This document shows, piece by piece, positions 62,254 to 64,000 of a DNA stretch of 64,000 nucleotides. The notes beneath the pieces are model-generated. The model did not search any database. It was not told the DNA's origin and saw only the letters and a program-made list of their open reading frames with translations. The stretch is from Auanema rhodensis. Lineage: Eukaryota > Animalia > Nematoda. Within the stretch, counting starts at the first letter, position 1, and every line of letters starts with the position of its first letter. The position numbers and the translations under genes are program-made. The stretch is from contig OZ059898.1 in assembly GCA_964057225.1 (NCBI GenBank), forward strand, positions 12,586,001 through 12,650,000. The letters are read 5' to 3'.

Positions 62254-64000
62254 ATGCTGGGCCCACGTGTTGTTGGAGCTTGTTCTCGCTTGGTCGCGGC
62301 TTCACCTTCTCTTTTGTCATCTCAGGGAGGGTCTCGCCGCCACTCTCATACTATCTGGTATCCTGATGCTCAATTCGAAAGACAGTTCAAGGTACTTTAT
62401 ACAGCATGTATGGATGCGTAATTTGTCTTGTTATCAGACCGGAGGAACCCTCGGGCGATTGTGGATGTCTGAGAGAGCTAGTGAATATGATGAACAGATA
62501 GGATTAGATAAGTTTGAGAAGCTTATGCAACAGGAGCCCGTCCTTTCTGATACTTATGAAGGAAAACATCGGTAATGCCAATAGTTTTAACCTCAATTTA
62601 TCTCGTTCTTTCAAGTGAAAAAAGTCTGGAAAACATGATTCTTAACTTTGGGCCTCAACATCCAGCTGCCCACGGAGTACTCCGTCTTGTATTGAAACTT
62701 GAGGGAGAAGTAATCATCAAAGCTATACCTCATATTGGACTTTTGCATCGTGCTACAGAAAAGCTTATTGAACATAAGACTTACACTCAGGTATGAACAG
62801 ATTACCATATGTTTGAAATCTAGGAATTATAGGCCTTACCATATTTTGATCGTCTTGATTACGTATCTATGATGTGTAACGAACAAGCTTGGTCTCTCGC
62901 TGTTGAAAAGTTGTTGGGAATTGACATTCCTCCCCGTGCTAAGTATATTAGAAGTATATCCTCATTTTCAGTGTGCTTTCTTTATTTTTTAAATTTCAGC
63001 CTTGTTCGGTGAATTAACTAGAATTCAAAATCATATTATGGGTATCACAACTCACGCTTTGGATATCGGAGCTATGACACCATTCTTCTGGATGTTCGAA
63101 GGTGAGTCTTTGATATGTTTTAGAGTAATTAAATTGTTTTAGAACGTGAAAAACTTTTCGAGTTCTCCGAACGTGCTTCTGGTGCTCGTATGCACGCCAA
63201 CTATGTTCGCCCTGGAGGTGTTGCTTGGGATTTGCCTATTGGATTAATGGATGACATCTATGACTGGGCTGTGAAATTCCCAGAACGTATTGATGAGCTC
63301 GAAGATATGCTCACCGAAAACAGAATCTGGAAAGCCAGAACAATTGATATTGGTAACTAGGAACTGTTTTATACGTTTTTGAAACGAGTTTTCAGGTCTT
63401 GTCTCTGCTGCTGATGCTTTGAACTGGGGATTCTCCGGAGTTATGGTTCGAGGTTCTGGAATTAAACAAGATGTTCGTAAAACTCAACCATACGACGCTT
63501 ACGATCAGGTTCAATTCGATGTTCCAATCGGAACCAAGGGAGATTGTTATGACAGGTTATTCATATACTAAGTTCTATATTCATTATTTCATTTAAGATA
63601 TTTATGCCGTGTTGAAGAGATGAGACAATCACTTGATATTATTGTCCAGTGCTTGAACCAAATGCCACAAGGAGAAATTAAAGTTGATGACCATAAGGTT
63701 GTTCCACCAAAGAGAGGAGAGATGAAGGTATCGCTTATACTTTTTTTCAAATTTTAAACTTGTTGTATATAGGATTCTATGGAGTCTTTGATCCATCACT
63801 TCAAATTTTTCACTGAGGGATTCCAAGTTCCACCAGGAGCTACTTATGTCCCTATTGAGGCTCCCAAGGGAGAATTCGGAGTATACCTTGTTGCTGATGG
63901 AACTAGCAAGCCATACAGGTATGATCAGTTATTCTTGGTCTCAATTAAGCTAACTACCTTTACAGATGTTTCATTCGTGCTCCAGGATTCCCTCATTTAG
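62254..64000 (+). CDS. gas-1: Complex I 49-kDa subunit NDUFS2, 3' partial
   Basis: [42 protein letters not shown] and [11 protein letters not shown]. Confidence 0.95.

Overview
AT-rich eukaryotic DNA from a rhabditid-type (clade V-like) nematode. Evidence: ~42-50 nt introns, trans-splice-like acceptors just before ATGs, operon-like gene spacing and a nematode-type tRNA-Trp. Spliced gene models were built by hand because the ORF track shows only fragments. In order: stomatin 3' end, odr-7, a secreted Cys-rich ShK-like protein, ~10 kb of non-coding DNA, nlf-1, glutathione reductase, sec-22, an orphan, PP1 inhibitor-3, an ER carboxylesterase, a small orphan, an RXR/USP-type nuclear receptor with a divergent LBD, SCaMC carrier, MED22, a HAP40-like gene, nekl-3, PIG-X, tRNA-Trp, acyl-CoA oxidase, mTERF, TOM22, RUVB-1, RAMP4, CAP-D3 (hcp-6) and NDUFS2 (runs off the end). 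The most striking unexplained signal is a dispersed non-coding element: YAACCG, then a YRAAAT-like box ~20-26 nt later, then RCGY tetramers often 11 bp apart ~35-70 nt from the YAACCG. It occurs about 14 times on both strands, roughly every 2-8 kb, and sits in at least seven of the unusually long (140-225 nt) introns. All gene names come from recalled family motifs; no database search was run.
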